Assembly: GCA_946965045.2 (NCBI GenBank)
Contig: OX337232.1
Span: 2,728,001 to 2,792,000, forward strand
Direction: 5' to 3'
From: Epithemia pelagica
Taxonomy: Eukaryota; Protista; Bacillariophyta
Length of the DNA stretch: 64,000 bases
Shown here: positions 11,186 through 21,692 of the stretch, in pieces
How the letters are laid out: each line of letters starts with the position of its first letter
Numbering within the stretch: the stretch's first letter is position 1
The notes under the pieces: model-generated
What the model was told of the DNA's origin: nothing
Seen by the model: the letters and a program-made list of their open reading frames with translations, nothing else
Database searches by the model: none
Position numbers and translations under genes: made by a program

Positions 11186-14100
11186 TGACAATGGTCTCAA
11201 ATCAGGAAAAGTTGAATAGTTTCCTCTTTTCCTTCTGAACCGAACTTTGAGCACTTGATTGCTCCCCACCACTCTCTCCTACGGCTCAAGAGGAAGAGAA
11301 TGAGCCACTTTGGACCTGATTTGGACAGATATTGATGAAGTTGGGACAGTTTGAGTGGCACTGACAATGGAGGAGTCAAATCAGGGAGGGTCAAATAGTT
11401 TCCTCTTTTGCTTTTGAACCAAACTTTGAGCACTTAATTGCTCCCCACCACTCTCTTTTACGGCTCAAGAGGAAGAGAATGAGCCACTTTGGACCTGATT
11501 TGGACAGATATTGATGAAGTTGGAACAGTTTGAGTGGCACTGAGAATGGAGGAGTCAAATCAGGGAGGGTCAAATAGTTTCCTCTTTTGCTTTTGAACCG
11601 AACTTTGAGCACTTAATTGCTCCCCACCACTCTCTTTTACGGCTCAAGAGGAAGAGAATGAGCCACTTTGGACCTGATTTGGACAGATATTGATGAAGTT
11701 GGGACAGTTTGAGTGGCACTGACAATGGAGGAGTCAAATCAGGGAGGGTCAAATAGTTTCCTCTTTTGCTTCTGAACCAAACTTTGAGCACTTGATTGCT
11801 CCCCACCACTCTCTTTTACGGCTCAAGAGGAAGAGAATGAGCCACTTTGGACCTGATTTGGACAGATATTGATGAAGTTGGGACAGTTTGAGTGGCACTG
11901 AGAATGGAGGAGTCAAATCAGGGAGGGTCAAATAGTTTCCTCTTTTGCTTTTGAACCGAACTTTGAGCACTTAATTGCTCCCCACCACTCTCTCCTACGG
12001 CTCAAGAGGAAGAGAATGAGCCACTTTGGACCTGATTTGGACAGATATTGATGAAGTTGGGACAGTTTGAGTGGCACTGAGAATGGAGGAGTCAAATCAG
12101 GGAGGGTCAAATAGTTTCCTCTTTTGCTTCTGAACCAAACTTTGAGCACTTGATTGCTCCCCACCACTCTCTCCTACGGCTCAAGAGGAAGAGAATGAGC
12201 CACTTTGGACCTGATTTGGACAGATATTGATGAAGTTGGAACAGTTTGAGTGGCACTGAGAATGGAGGAGTCAAATCAGGGAGGGTCAAATAGTTTCCTC
12301 TTTTGCTTCTGAACCGAACTTTGAGCACTTGATTGCTCCCCAGCACTCTCTCCTACGGCTCAAGAGGAAGAGAATGAGCCACTTTGGACCTGATTTGGAC
12401 AGATATTGATGAAGTTGGGACAGTTTGAGTGGCACTGACAATGGAGGAGTCAAATCAGGGAGGGTCAAATAGTTTCCTCTTTTGCTTCTGAACCAAACTT
12501 TGAGCACTTAATTGCTCCCCACCACTCTCTTTTACGGCTCAAGAGGAAGAGAATGAGCCACTTTGGACCTGATTTGGACAGATATTGATGAAGTTGGAAC
12601 AGTTTGAGTGGCACTGAGAATGGAGGAGTCAAATCAGGGAGGGTCAAATAGTTTCCTCTTTTGCTTCTGAACCGAACTTTGAGCACTTGATTGCTCCCCA
12701 CCACTCTCTTTTACGGCTCAAGAGGAAGAGAATGAGCCACTTTGGACCTGATTTGGACAGATATTGATGAAGTTGGGACAGTTTGAGTGGCACTGACAAT
12801 GGAGGAGTCAAATCAGGGAGGGTCAAATAGTTTCCTCTTTTGCTTTTGAACCGAACTTTGAGCACTTAATTGCTCCCCACCACTCTCTTTTACGGCTCAA
12901 GAGGAAGAGAATGAGCCACTTTGGACCTGATTTGGACAGATATTGATGAAGTTGGGACAGTTTGAGTGGCACTGACAATGGAGGAGTCAAATCAGGGAGG
13001 GTCAAATAGTTTCCTCTTTTGCTTTTGAACCGAACTTTGAGCACTTGATTGCTCCCCACCACTCTCTCCTACGGCTCAAGAGGAAGAGAATGAGCCACTT
13101 TGGACCTGATTTGGACAGATATTGATGAAGTTGGGACAGTTTGAGTGGCACTGAGAATGGAGGAGTCAAATCAGGGAGGGTCAAATAGTTTCCTCTTTTG
13201 CTTTTGAACCGAACTTTGAGCACTTAATTGCTCCCCACCACTCTCTTCTACGGCTCAAGAGGAAGAGAATGAGCCACTTTGGACCTGATTTGGACAGATA
13301 TTGATGAAGTTGGAACAGTTTGAGTGGCACTGACAATGGAGGAGTCAAATCAGGGAGGGTCAAATAGTTTCCTCTTTTGCTTTTGAACCGAACTTTGAGC
13401 ACTTAATTGCTCCCCACCACTCTCTTTTACGGCTCAAGAGGAAGAGAATGAGCCACTTTGGACCTGATTTGGACAGATATTGATGAAGTTGGAACAGTTT
13501 GAGTGGCACTGAGAATGGAGGAGTCAAATCAGGGAGGGTCAAATAGTTTCCTCTTTTGCTTTTGAACCGAACTTTGAGCACTTGATTGCTCCCCACCACT
13601 CTCTTTTACGGCTCAAGAGGAAGAGAATGAGCCACTTTGGACCTGATTTGGACAGATATTGATGAAGTTGGGACAGTTTGAGTGGCACTGACAATGGAGG
13701 AGTCAAATCAGGGAGGGTCAAATAGTTTCCTCTTTTGCTTCTGAACCAAACTTTGAGCACTTAATTGCTCCCCACCACTCTCTTCTACGGCTCAAGAGGA
13801 AGAGAATGAGCCACTTTGGACCTGATTTGGACAGATATTGATGAAGTTGGGACAGTTTGAGTGGCACTGACAATGGAGGAGTCAAATCAGGGAGGGTCAA
13901 ATAGTTTCCTCTTTTGCTTCTGAACCAAACTTTGAGCACTTAATTGCTCCCCACCACTCTCTTTTACGGCTCAAGAGGAAGAGAATGAGCCACTTTGGAC
14001 CTGATTTGGACAGATATTGATGAAGTTGGAACAGTTTGAGTGGCACTGACAATGGAGGAGTCAAATCAGGGAGGGTCAAATAGTTTCCTCTTTTGCTTTT

Positions 14101-17100
14101 GAACCGAACTTTGAGCACTTAATTGCTCCCCACCACTCTCTCCTACGGCTCAAGAGGAAGAGAATGAGCCACTTTGGACCTGATTTGGACAGATATTGAT
14201 GAAGTTGGGACAGTTTGAGTGGCACTGAGAATGGAGGAGTCAAATCAGGGAGGGTCAAATAGTTTCCTCTTTTGCTTTTGAACCGAACTTTGAGCACTTA
14301 ATTGCTCCCCACCACTCTCTTTTACGGCTCAAGAGGAAGAGAATGAGCCACTTTGGACCTGATTTGGACAGATATTGATGAAGTTGGAACAGTTTGAGTG
14401 GCACTGAGAATGGAGGAGTCAAATCAGGGAGGGTCAAATAGTTTCCTCTTTTGCTTTTGAACCGAACTTTGAGCACTTAATTGCTCCCCACCACTCTCTT
14501 TTACGGCTCAAGAGGAAGAGAATGAGCCACTTTGGACCTGATTTGGACAGATATTGATGAAGTTGGGACAGTTTGAGTGGCACTGAGAATGGAGGAGTCA
14601 AATCAGGGAGGGTCAAATAGTTTCCTCTTTTGCTTTTGAACCGAACTTTGAGCACTTAATTGCTCCCCACCACTCTCTTTTACGGCTCAAGAGGAAGAGA
14701 ATGAGCCACTTTGGACCTGATTTGGACAGATATTGATGAAGTTGGGACAGTTTGAGTGGCACTGAGAATGGAGGAGTCAAATCAGGGAGGGTCAAATAGT
14801 TTCCTCTTTTGCTTTTGAACCGAACTTTGAGCACTTAATTGCTCCCCACCACTCTCTCCTACGGCTCAAGAGGAAGAGAATGAGCCACTTTGGACCTGAT
14901 TTGGACAGATATTGATGAAGTTGGGACAGTTTGAGTGGCACTGAGAATGGAGGAGTCAAATCAGGGAGGGTCAAATAGTTTCCTCTTTTGCTTCTGAACC
15001 AAACTTTGAGCACTTGATTGCTCCCCACCACTCTCTCCTACGGCTCAAGAGGAAGAGAATGAGCCACTTTGGACCTGATTTGGACAGATATTGATGAAGT
15101 TGGAACAGTTTGAGTGGCACTGAGAATGGAGGAGTCAAATCAGGGAGGGTCAAATAGTTTCCTCTTTTGCTTCTGAACCGAACTTTGAGCACTTGATTGC
15201 TCCCCACCACTCTCTCCTACGGCTCAAGAGGAAGAGAATGAGCCACTTTGGACCTGATTTGGACAGATATTGATGAAGTTGGGACAGTTTGAGTGGCACT
15301 GACAATGGAGGAGTCAAATCAGGGAGGGTCAAATAGTTTCCTCTTTTGCTTCTGAACCAAACTTTGAGCACTTGATTGCTCCCCACCACTCTCTTTTACG
15401 GCTCAAGAGGAAGAGAATGAGCCACTTTGGACCTGATTTGGACAGATATTGATGAAGTTGGAACAGTTTGAGTGGCACTGAGAATGGAGGAGTCAAATCA
15501 GGGAGGGTCAAATAGTTTCCTCTTTTGCTTCTGAACCAAACTTTGAGCACTTGATTGCTCCCCACCACTCTCTCCTACGGCTCAAGAGGAAGAGAATGAG
15601 CCACTTTGGACCTGATTTGGACAGATATTGATGAAGTTGGAACAGTTTGAGTGGCACTGAGAATGGAGGAGTCAAATCAGGGAGGGTCAAATAGTTTCCT
15701 CTTTTGCTTCTGAACCGAACTTTGAGCACTTGATTGCTCCCCACCACTCTCTCCTACGGCTCAAGAGGAAGAGAATGAGCCACTTTGGACCTGATTTGGA
15801 CAGATATTGATGAAGTTGGGACAGTTTGAGTGGCACTGACAATGGAGGAGTCAAATCAGGGAGGGTCAAATAGTTTCCTCTTTTGCTTCTGAACCAAACT
15901 TTGAGCACTTGATTGCTCCCCACCACTCTCTTTTACGGCTCAAGAGGAAGAGAATGAGCCACTTTGGACCTGATTTGGACAGATATTGATGAAGTTGGAA
16001 CAGTTTGAGTGGCACTGAGAATGGAGGAGTCAAATCAGGGAGGGTCAAATAGTTTCCTCTTTTGCTTCTGAACCGAACTTTGAGCACTTAATTGCTCCCC
16101 ACCACTCTCTCCTACGGCTCAAGAGGAAGAGAATGAGCCACTTTGGACCTGATTTGGACAGATATTGATGAAGTTGGGACAGTTTGAGTGGCACTGACAA
16201 TGGAGGAGTCAAATCAGGGAGGGTCAAATAGTTTCCTCTTTTGCTTTTGAACCGAACTTCGAGCACTTAATTGCTCCCCACCACTCTCTTCTTACGGCTC
16301 AAGAGGAAGAGAATGAGCCACTTTGGACCTGATTTGGACAGATATTGATGAAGTTGGGACAGTTTGAGTGGCACTGACAATGGAGGAGTCAAATCAGGGA
16401 GGGTCAAATAGTTTCCTCTTTTGCTTTTGAACCGAACTTTGAGCACTTGATTGCTCCCCACCACTCTCTCCTACGGCTCAAGAGGAAGAGAATGAGCCAC
16501 TTTGGACCTGATTTGGATAGATATTGATGAAGTTGGGACAGTTTGAGTGGCACTGAGAATGGAGGAGTCAAATCAGGGAGGGTCAAATAGTTTCCTCTTT
16601 TGCTTTTGAACCGAACTTCGAGCACTTAATTGCTCCCCACCACTCTCTTCTACGGCTCAAGAGGAAGAGAATGAGCCACTTTGGACCTGATTTGGACAGA
16701 TATTGATGAAGTTGGAACAGTTTGAGTGGCACTGACAATGGAGGAGTCAAATCAGGGAGGGTCAAATAGTTTCCTCTTTTGCTTTTGAACCGAACTTTGA
16801 GCACTTAATTGCTCCCCACCACTCTCTTTTACGGCTCAAGAGGAAGAGAATGAGCCACTTTGGACCTGATTTGGACAGATATTGATGAAGTTGGAACAGT
16901 TTGAGTGGCACTGAGAATGGAGGAGTCAAATCAGGGAGGGTCAAATAGTTTCCTCTTTTGCTTCTGAACCAAACTTTGAGCACTTAATTGCTCCCCACCA
17001 CTCTCTTTTACGGCTCAAGAGGAAGAGAATGAGCCACTTTGGACCTGATTTGGACAGATATTGATGAAGTTGGAACAGTTTGAGTGGCACTGACAATGGA

Positions 17101-17278
17101 GGAGTCAAATCAGGGAGGGTCAAATAGTTTCCTCTTTTGCTTTTGAACCGAACTTTGAGCACTTAATTGCTCCCCACCACTCTCTTCTACGGCTCAAGAG
17201 GAAGAGAATGAGCCACTTTGGACCTGATTTGGACAGATATTGATGAAGTTGGGACAGTTTGAGTGGCACTGACAATGG
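11186..17278. repeat. Tandem (satellite-like) array of 34 x 179-bp units
   Basis: Unit ...GTTTCCTCTTTTGCTT(T/C)TGAACC(G/A)AACTTTGAGCAC...GAGGGTCAAATA recurs every 179 bp (11219 to 17127 = 33 x 179 + 1). There is one +1 unit near 16290. Both edges end in TGACAATGG. Confidence 0.99.
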
Positions 17279-17601
17279 TGCAGGTTCTTTGTTGATGTTA
17301 GTGTGGGTGGGTGAAATGAGAGAGTTGTCTGCTGTGGTGGGGAAAACATCTGCTGGAAGATCTGGTCATTCAGTGGAGGCAGAGAATTCTTTGTTATTCC
17401 ATGCAATAGGCTCTTTTGGATTGCTGGCAAGTACACCGTTTGGACGTTATGGCTGTTGGTATGGCGGTTATAGGCTGTTTTTGTAGGAAAAAATTGAATT
17501 CTATTTTCTAGCAAAAAATAAAAAGAAAAAAGGAAAATGTAGGGTGGATGACAGAAGTTATACACCCGGTGAATCGGACAGTTTCCAACCAATCCAGAAC
17601 T

Positions 17602-17929
17602 CTGGATTTGTTCGAACAAATCCAGGAAATTCATTAGGGATAGTGTTTTACTTATGCTAGTGTAGAGGCTGCCTACAGTTTCGAATATGTCAGGCGGGCG
17701 TTCGACATGGTGGGCGGGCGTGACACATGATGGACGGGCGTTCGACTTCAACGGTATCCTTGCGCTTCCTTAGTACCCAAAAGTTTTAGTATTCAATTTT
17801 TCTAAGTGAAGGGTGGGGGAGGATGGGGGACAGGATTCGAAAAGGCGCGGTCTTTTGGATTTGTTTTGCGAATGCGTAAGGACGGCGTTAGGCACAATTT
17901 CCAAAACCAAATCCGGCCCGGCCCCGCAC
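17602..17929. repeat. Transposon-terminal repeat module, inverted homolog of 5084-5410
   Basis: Begins with the perfect 24-bp palindrome CTGGATTTGTTCGAACAAATCCAG. Contains 3 GGGCG-rich subrepeats. Ends ...ATCCGGCCCGGCCCCGCAC. Confidence 0.85.
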
Positions 17930-17930
17930 G

Positions 17931-17960
17931 GATTGGTTTTGTTGAGCTAAAGGATTGGCC
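17931..17960. repeat. Extra short copy of the TIR end, followed by TTA
   Basis: GATTGGTTTTGTTGAGCTAAAGGATTGGCC|TTA, nearly identical to 18071-18100|TTA. Confidence 0.8.
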
Positions 17961-18014
17961 TTACATCTTTGATCCGGGGTCCTGGATTGGTTCGAACAAA
18001 TCCAGAAATGCTGT

Positions 18015-18100
18015 TTTACCCGGATATATGACGTGATCGTGACGCAAAATGCTGACGTGCACGCAATCTCGATTTGGTTTTGCGAGCTAAAGGATTGGCC
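18015..18100. repeat. Right terminal inverted repeat (86 bp), followed by TTA (18101-18103)
   Basis: Reverse complement of 6335-6420 (78 of 86 identical). Confidence 0.9.
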
Positions 18101-18246
18101 TTAGGCCGTTCCTTGTTACCCTGCAAAACAAAAGTTGGAGCGTGACACGTCACAAAAAAACCGGAGAAATGACGTCAAATCCGGGTTCATCGACGTTTCA
18201 GCTCATGAGGGTGCTAAAGGGTATCTAACGAGAGTTTAGATTTTGG

Positions 18247-19431
18247 ATGCCAACCATGTTGCGGTTGGCAACCATCGCGGCCACTCTCGTACTGGCCATT
18301 TGGTTGTTGTCACGGGCGACGTCAGCAGCCTTTGTAGGTCATTCCGGTTCTTCCCTTGTCTCGACATTCTGGACTAACAAAACGTACAGACTTCCACCTT
18401 CCGCTGGTCCCCGTTCGTTGTTGAGGCATGGGATGAGACTCCAATCCGGATTAACAAATGAAGAAGGAGAAGAAAACACCGCAGTCTACGAGGACAGTGG
18501 CTCTTTTAAGGGCATGACTGGCAAGGATGGCGGGATTCAAGAGTTGTGGAGCGGCTTGGTCGAGACCTACGACGGTGTATCATTCGAACGCAAAACAAGT
18601 ACTAGACAAATACAAGCTCATGTTCGGCAATGGCTCGATGAAATTGTCATTGGCCTCAATCTTTGCCCTTTTGCGGAAAGGGCTGTCCACGGCTTTGTTC
18701 CGGGTGGTGAGACAGAGAAAGACAACACCTCTTCTCTGTACGAAACAATCCACCCACCGTCCTCCTCAAATCAGAGTAGCAACAATGGATTGGGTGAAAG
18801 CGGACGACCCCTGTTGACAATTCCAGTCATTCGTGGCAAGAACGAAACTTTGATCTTACAATGGATGGGCGTCGAATTGTTACGACGCGCCGAGCAGTCG
18901 GGGACCACGCTCGTGGTGTGTCCGGACTGTCATGTCGACCACTTTGAAGAATTCATGGAAGTGGTCCATCGTGCCGATGCGTTGATTGAGGAATTGGACT
19001 TGGAGGGACAGGTGCAAATTGCACCCTTTCATCCACTCTTTCGATTCCATGGATCCTCTCCCGAAACGACGCAGGTGGATGATTGGACCAATCGATCTCC
19101 CTACCCCATGTTTCATATTTTGAGGGAAGATGAAGTTGAAACTGCCGTAGAACGATTGCAAGGCGATGCAGGTCGTGTCTGGAAACGCAATGTCAATTTG
19201 TTGCATGCCATTCACGAGGCATTGGGAACCTCTGGACTCGAACGACTGTTTAACGTGTCGTCATTTTCACCCAACACAACGGCCACCTTGTCGAATGAGC
19301 CTCACCAGCTAGTGGATCGGATGACAGCCACAGAACGGACAACCGTGCAAAGTCTGCTGCGAAAGCATCGGCTTTCCATGGGATCAGCAGCAAGTAGCAA
19401 GAAAATGGACAACCAGGAGGCTTTTGATTGA
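18247..19431 (+). CDS. DUF1415-domain protein, probably plastid-targeted (copy 1)
   Basis: WLDEIVIGLNLCPFA, QIAPFHP and TNRSPYPMFHILRE are DUF1415 motifs. Hydrophobic signal peptide ending in SAAF (ASAF-like). Confidence 0.85.
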   Translation: MPTMLRLATIAATLVLAIWLLSRATSAAFVGHSGSSLVSTFWTNKTYRLPPSAGPRSLLRHGMRLQSGLTNEEGEENTAVYEDSGSFKGMTGKDGGIQELWSGLVETYDGVSFERKTSTRQIQAHVRQWLDEIVIGLNLCPFAERAVHGFVPGGETEKDNTSSLYETIHPPSSSNQSSNNGLGESGRPLLTIPVIRGKNETLILQWMGVELLRRAEQSGTTLVVCPDCHVDHFEEFMEVVHRADALIEELDLEGQVQIAPFHPLFRFHGSSPETTQVDDWTNRSPYPMFHILREDEVETAVERLQGDAGRVWKRNVNLLHAIHEALGTSGLERLFNVSSFSPNTTATLSNEPHQLVDRMTATERTTVQSLLRKHRLSMGSAASSKKMDNQEAFD

Positions 19432-19524
19432 ACCATTCGATTTGGTTGTTTCCAAGAAGAGTGTCGTATGTTGCCACTCTGGAAAGGCATTTTTTCTCTA
19501 CTTGTTCATGTCGCTGTCTGACTC

Positions 19525-21075
19525 TCAGCGGCGCTCTTCCTGTTTGGCTTTGTTGGGACGTCGTCCGACACGTTTGGGAATTTCCAGAAAGCCCATGGTT
19601 TGGTTGTAATTCAATTCGGACTGGATGAAATCCCAATCCATGTACTGGGTGCACTCTTGCAACAATGGATGGTCCCGAGTCAAGTTGACAATCATGCGTG
19701 GATTCTTGGTTTTGGCGGCGGGAAACTGGTACTGCTGGAGCAACACGTCGTTCCAAAAGACTTGATTGGAGACCCAAGTACTACCCCATCGAGGGTGGGG
19801 TGTCGAGGTATCACTGGGAAACAACCCCATGACTTGCGAGGCTGGATAGAGTTTCGCAATGGCAATCTCAAAATGTTCGACAATGCATCGTTTCTTTTTA
19901 ATTTTGGATTGAAGGTGAGGACAAAAATAGTCATGGTCTGGGGGCAACCTGCAGGCATAGTCACGATACCGTTGCATACCGGATGCACTAAACCCTCGCA
20001 ACACACTTTCGACCCAATCGTAGTCTGGGTTGTCTTTTGGGTTGGACCGGTCACTCGGTTCTTTGTCTGTGGATGACTCATTTTTGGCAAGGTGATAATT
20101 GAGCGACGTGAGTGACAAATTTCGAGCCACCAGCTCGTCCAAAATGGCTGCAAAATGCCGAAGCGCAAAAATAGAATCATTGCTCAAGACAAAGGTATCT
20201 TGGGAATGATCACTGCTATTGTAGAATGGAGGAAGAATTTCGTCCAATGCATCACACCACAATCCGACATCGTACCGATCATTTACCTTGGCCAAGACGG
20301 ATACATTTGCAATCTTGTTATTGCTGTCGACGGGTAGTGTTGAGGAATGTTGGTTGATTCGAGTTGGTTCTTCTTCTTTTACAACTCCTGCTCGTCGTCG
20401 ATCAAAGTGTGGAATTGTCGCTCGTGCCTTGTCGACAATTTGTGTGGTAACGTCGTATGCCCACGTGGGCGTAACCACCACAATGGAATCGTACTTGAGT
20501 GGATCGACAAAGCATTCCAATTGAGTCCACAAGGCTGTCGCATACCGAGGACCACGCGGTGCCGCCGCCAAGACAAGGGTGGATCTTGGACGAGATGGAT
20601 CCTGCGCTGCTGGAGAGGAGGTGCCATCCGTCCTTGCTGTTGGTGTTTTTGCTGCTGCTTGATTGGGTGGTTCTGGCGGGATGCGCCAAGAAGAAGCAAG
20701 GATGCTGTTCAACGGTGAACCTTGGCTGTGTTTGGTCCTGTAGCCATGTCTCCATACAATGGAAAACTGCAGTGTTCCAATGGCATAAACCAACAGGACT
20801 CCGACAAGGAACACAGAGGGAGAAATACCACACAACACTGGATGATCCCCTGCACGACGTTTGTTGCGACCCACGAATAGCGATGCTTCGCCCTTATACC
20901 GAGACGTGTGCTTCCAGTACCATGCTGCCGATTTTGTTGTGGGAACGATCCGTTGGTGGCGACGGTCTTGTTGCTTCCCATTCGCAAGAAGATTGCGATT
21001 CTTTGAGCCATGGGTTGCTGCTTCCTTGAAGCCAGGGAGACGAGCGCCGCATTGGGAGTGTTGCATGTTTGCCAT
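19525..21075 (-). CDS. Type II membrane protein, putative glycosyltransferase (RgpF/rhamnan-synthesis-like) (copy 1)
   Basis: One TM segment (VFLVGVLLVYAIGTLQFSIVW), then NDRYDVGLW, VLSNDSIF and HFEIAIA, resembling RgpF-like motifs. Confidence 0.6.
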   Translation of the reverse strand: MANMQHSQCGARLPGFKEAATHGSKNRNLLANGKQQDRRHQRIVPTTKSAAWYWKHTSRYKGEASLFVGRNKRRAGDHPVLCGISPSVFLVGVLLVYAIGTLQFSIVWRHGYRTKHSQGSPLNSILASSWRIPPEPPNQAAAKTPTARTDGTSSPAAQDPSRPRSTLVLAAAPRGPRYATALWTQLECFVDPLKYDSIVVVTPTWAYDVTTQIVDKARATIPHFDRRRAGVVKEEEPTRINQHSSTLPVDSNNKIANVSVLAKVNDRYDVGLWCDALDEILPPFYNSSDHSQDTFVLSNDSIFALRHFAAILDELVARNLSLTSLNYHLAKNESSTDKEPSDRSNPKDNPDYDWVESVLRGFSASGMQRYRDYACRLPPDHDYFCPHLQSKIKKKRCIVEHFEIAIAKLYPASQVMGLFPSDTSTPHPRWGSTWVSNQVFWNDVLLQQYQFPAAKTKNPRMIVNLTRDHPLLQECTQYMDWDFIQSELNYNQTMGFLEIPKRVGRRPNKAKQEERR

Positions 21076-21217
21076 CCATCGGCATCATTGTGTCACCCAG
21101 TGTTCATCACGTGTGTGGGCCGTTCAAACCGATGTGACGCCATGCTCTCCGTGGGCGCGCGTGCGAGCACCTCTATGCGGTACGCATGCGCTCTAGCTAT
21201 GTAGAGGCTCGAGAGCT

Positions 21218-21692
21218 ATGCATAATACGAATCCTACGTCCTACTCCTACCAACCCGAAGATCAAGCGGCAGTGCATGCCGTGTTTGAACGGGCCATGTC
21301 CAGTTTGTATTCCCGCGCTGTGTGGAATACCCTTGTGTCACCTCTCATTCTGGGTGGAATGCTGACCGTGGCCGCCCTCGTGCATTCCAGTGTCACGTGG
21401 TTGTATTCTGGGGGACCTTTTCTCGTGCGGCCTGCCGTACGGTCGTTGTTGGTGGTGGCCACGGATCGACGGGACCATGACAAAACGACTACCAAGCACC
21501 ATTTGTTGATGCCATGGTGGATCCCCTGGACGGCCTCATGCCTGTCCTTGGGCCTGTTGGTGAACGCCGGTCGATCGGCAATTTATACCGTATTTGGTCG
21601 GTTTATTCAATCGGCGATTCACTCCGATTTGCCCAACATTCCAGCCGTGTATAATTTGGAGTCATCGGACGACGACGACGACGACACGACGA
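21218..21692 (+). pseudogene. 5' part of a NAT8/camello-like GNAT acetyltransferase, truncated
   Basis: YSYQPEDQAAVHAVFERAMSSL, a hydrophobic segment and FIQSAIHSDLPNIPAVY resemble the NAT8 N-terminal half. The acetyl-CoA-binding half is absent after the poly-Asp tract. The end coordinate is approximate. Confidence 0.45.

Larger units (their letters stand above)
6335..18100 (+). mobile_element. ~11.8-kb TIR DNA transposon with Mutator/MULE-type transposase, convergent accessory ORF and internal 179-bp satellite array
   Basis: 86-bp TIR pair with TTA on both outer sides. The transposase ORF starts ~270 bp inside the left end. The right end may instead be the extra terminus at 17960. Confidence 0.8.
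18101..21202. repeat. Segmental direct duplication, copy 1 (copy 2 at 23366-26469)
   Basis: Near-identical from TTAGGCCGTTCC to CTCTAGCTATGT. Only scattered substitutions and a 2-bp indel upstream of the first ORF. Confidence 0.97.

Noticed and set aside
11081-17162. About 34 ORFs of 63-79 aa in the array
   Set aside because: They are by-products of a 179-bp period that is not a multiple of 3. Most start at TTG/GTG/CTG, and every frame hits stops.
11186-17278. CRISPR-like or guide array
   Set aside because: Units are near-identical along their whole length with no unique spacers, there are no cas-like genes, and the context is eukaryotic.
11186-17278. Calling the array a centromere
   Set aside because: Unit length alone is not evidence. 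The array is only ~6 kb and lies inside a transposon, and CENH3 data would be needed.
17194-17751. 185-aa minus-strand ORF
   Set aside because: It starts inside the terminal repeat module and ends in the first array unit, so it is probably spurious, although part may be an ORF2 upstream exon.
5084-17929. Treating the ~320-bp inverted modules as classical long MULE TIRs with a 9-bp TSD
   Set aside because: The outer flanks (AAGGAAGAA versus GGATTGGTT) do not match. Kept only as an alternative reading of the terminal structure.
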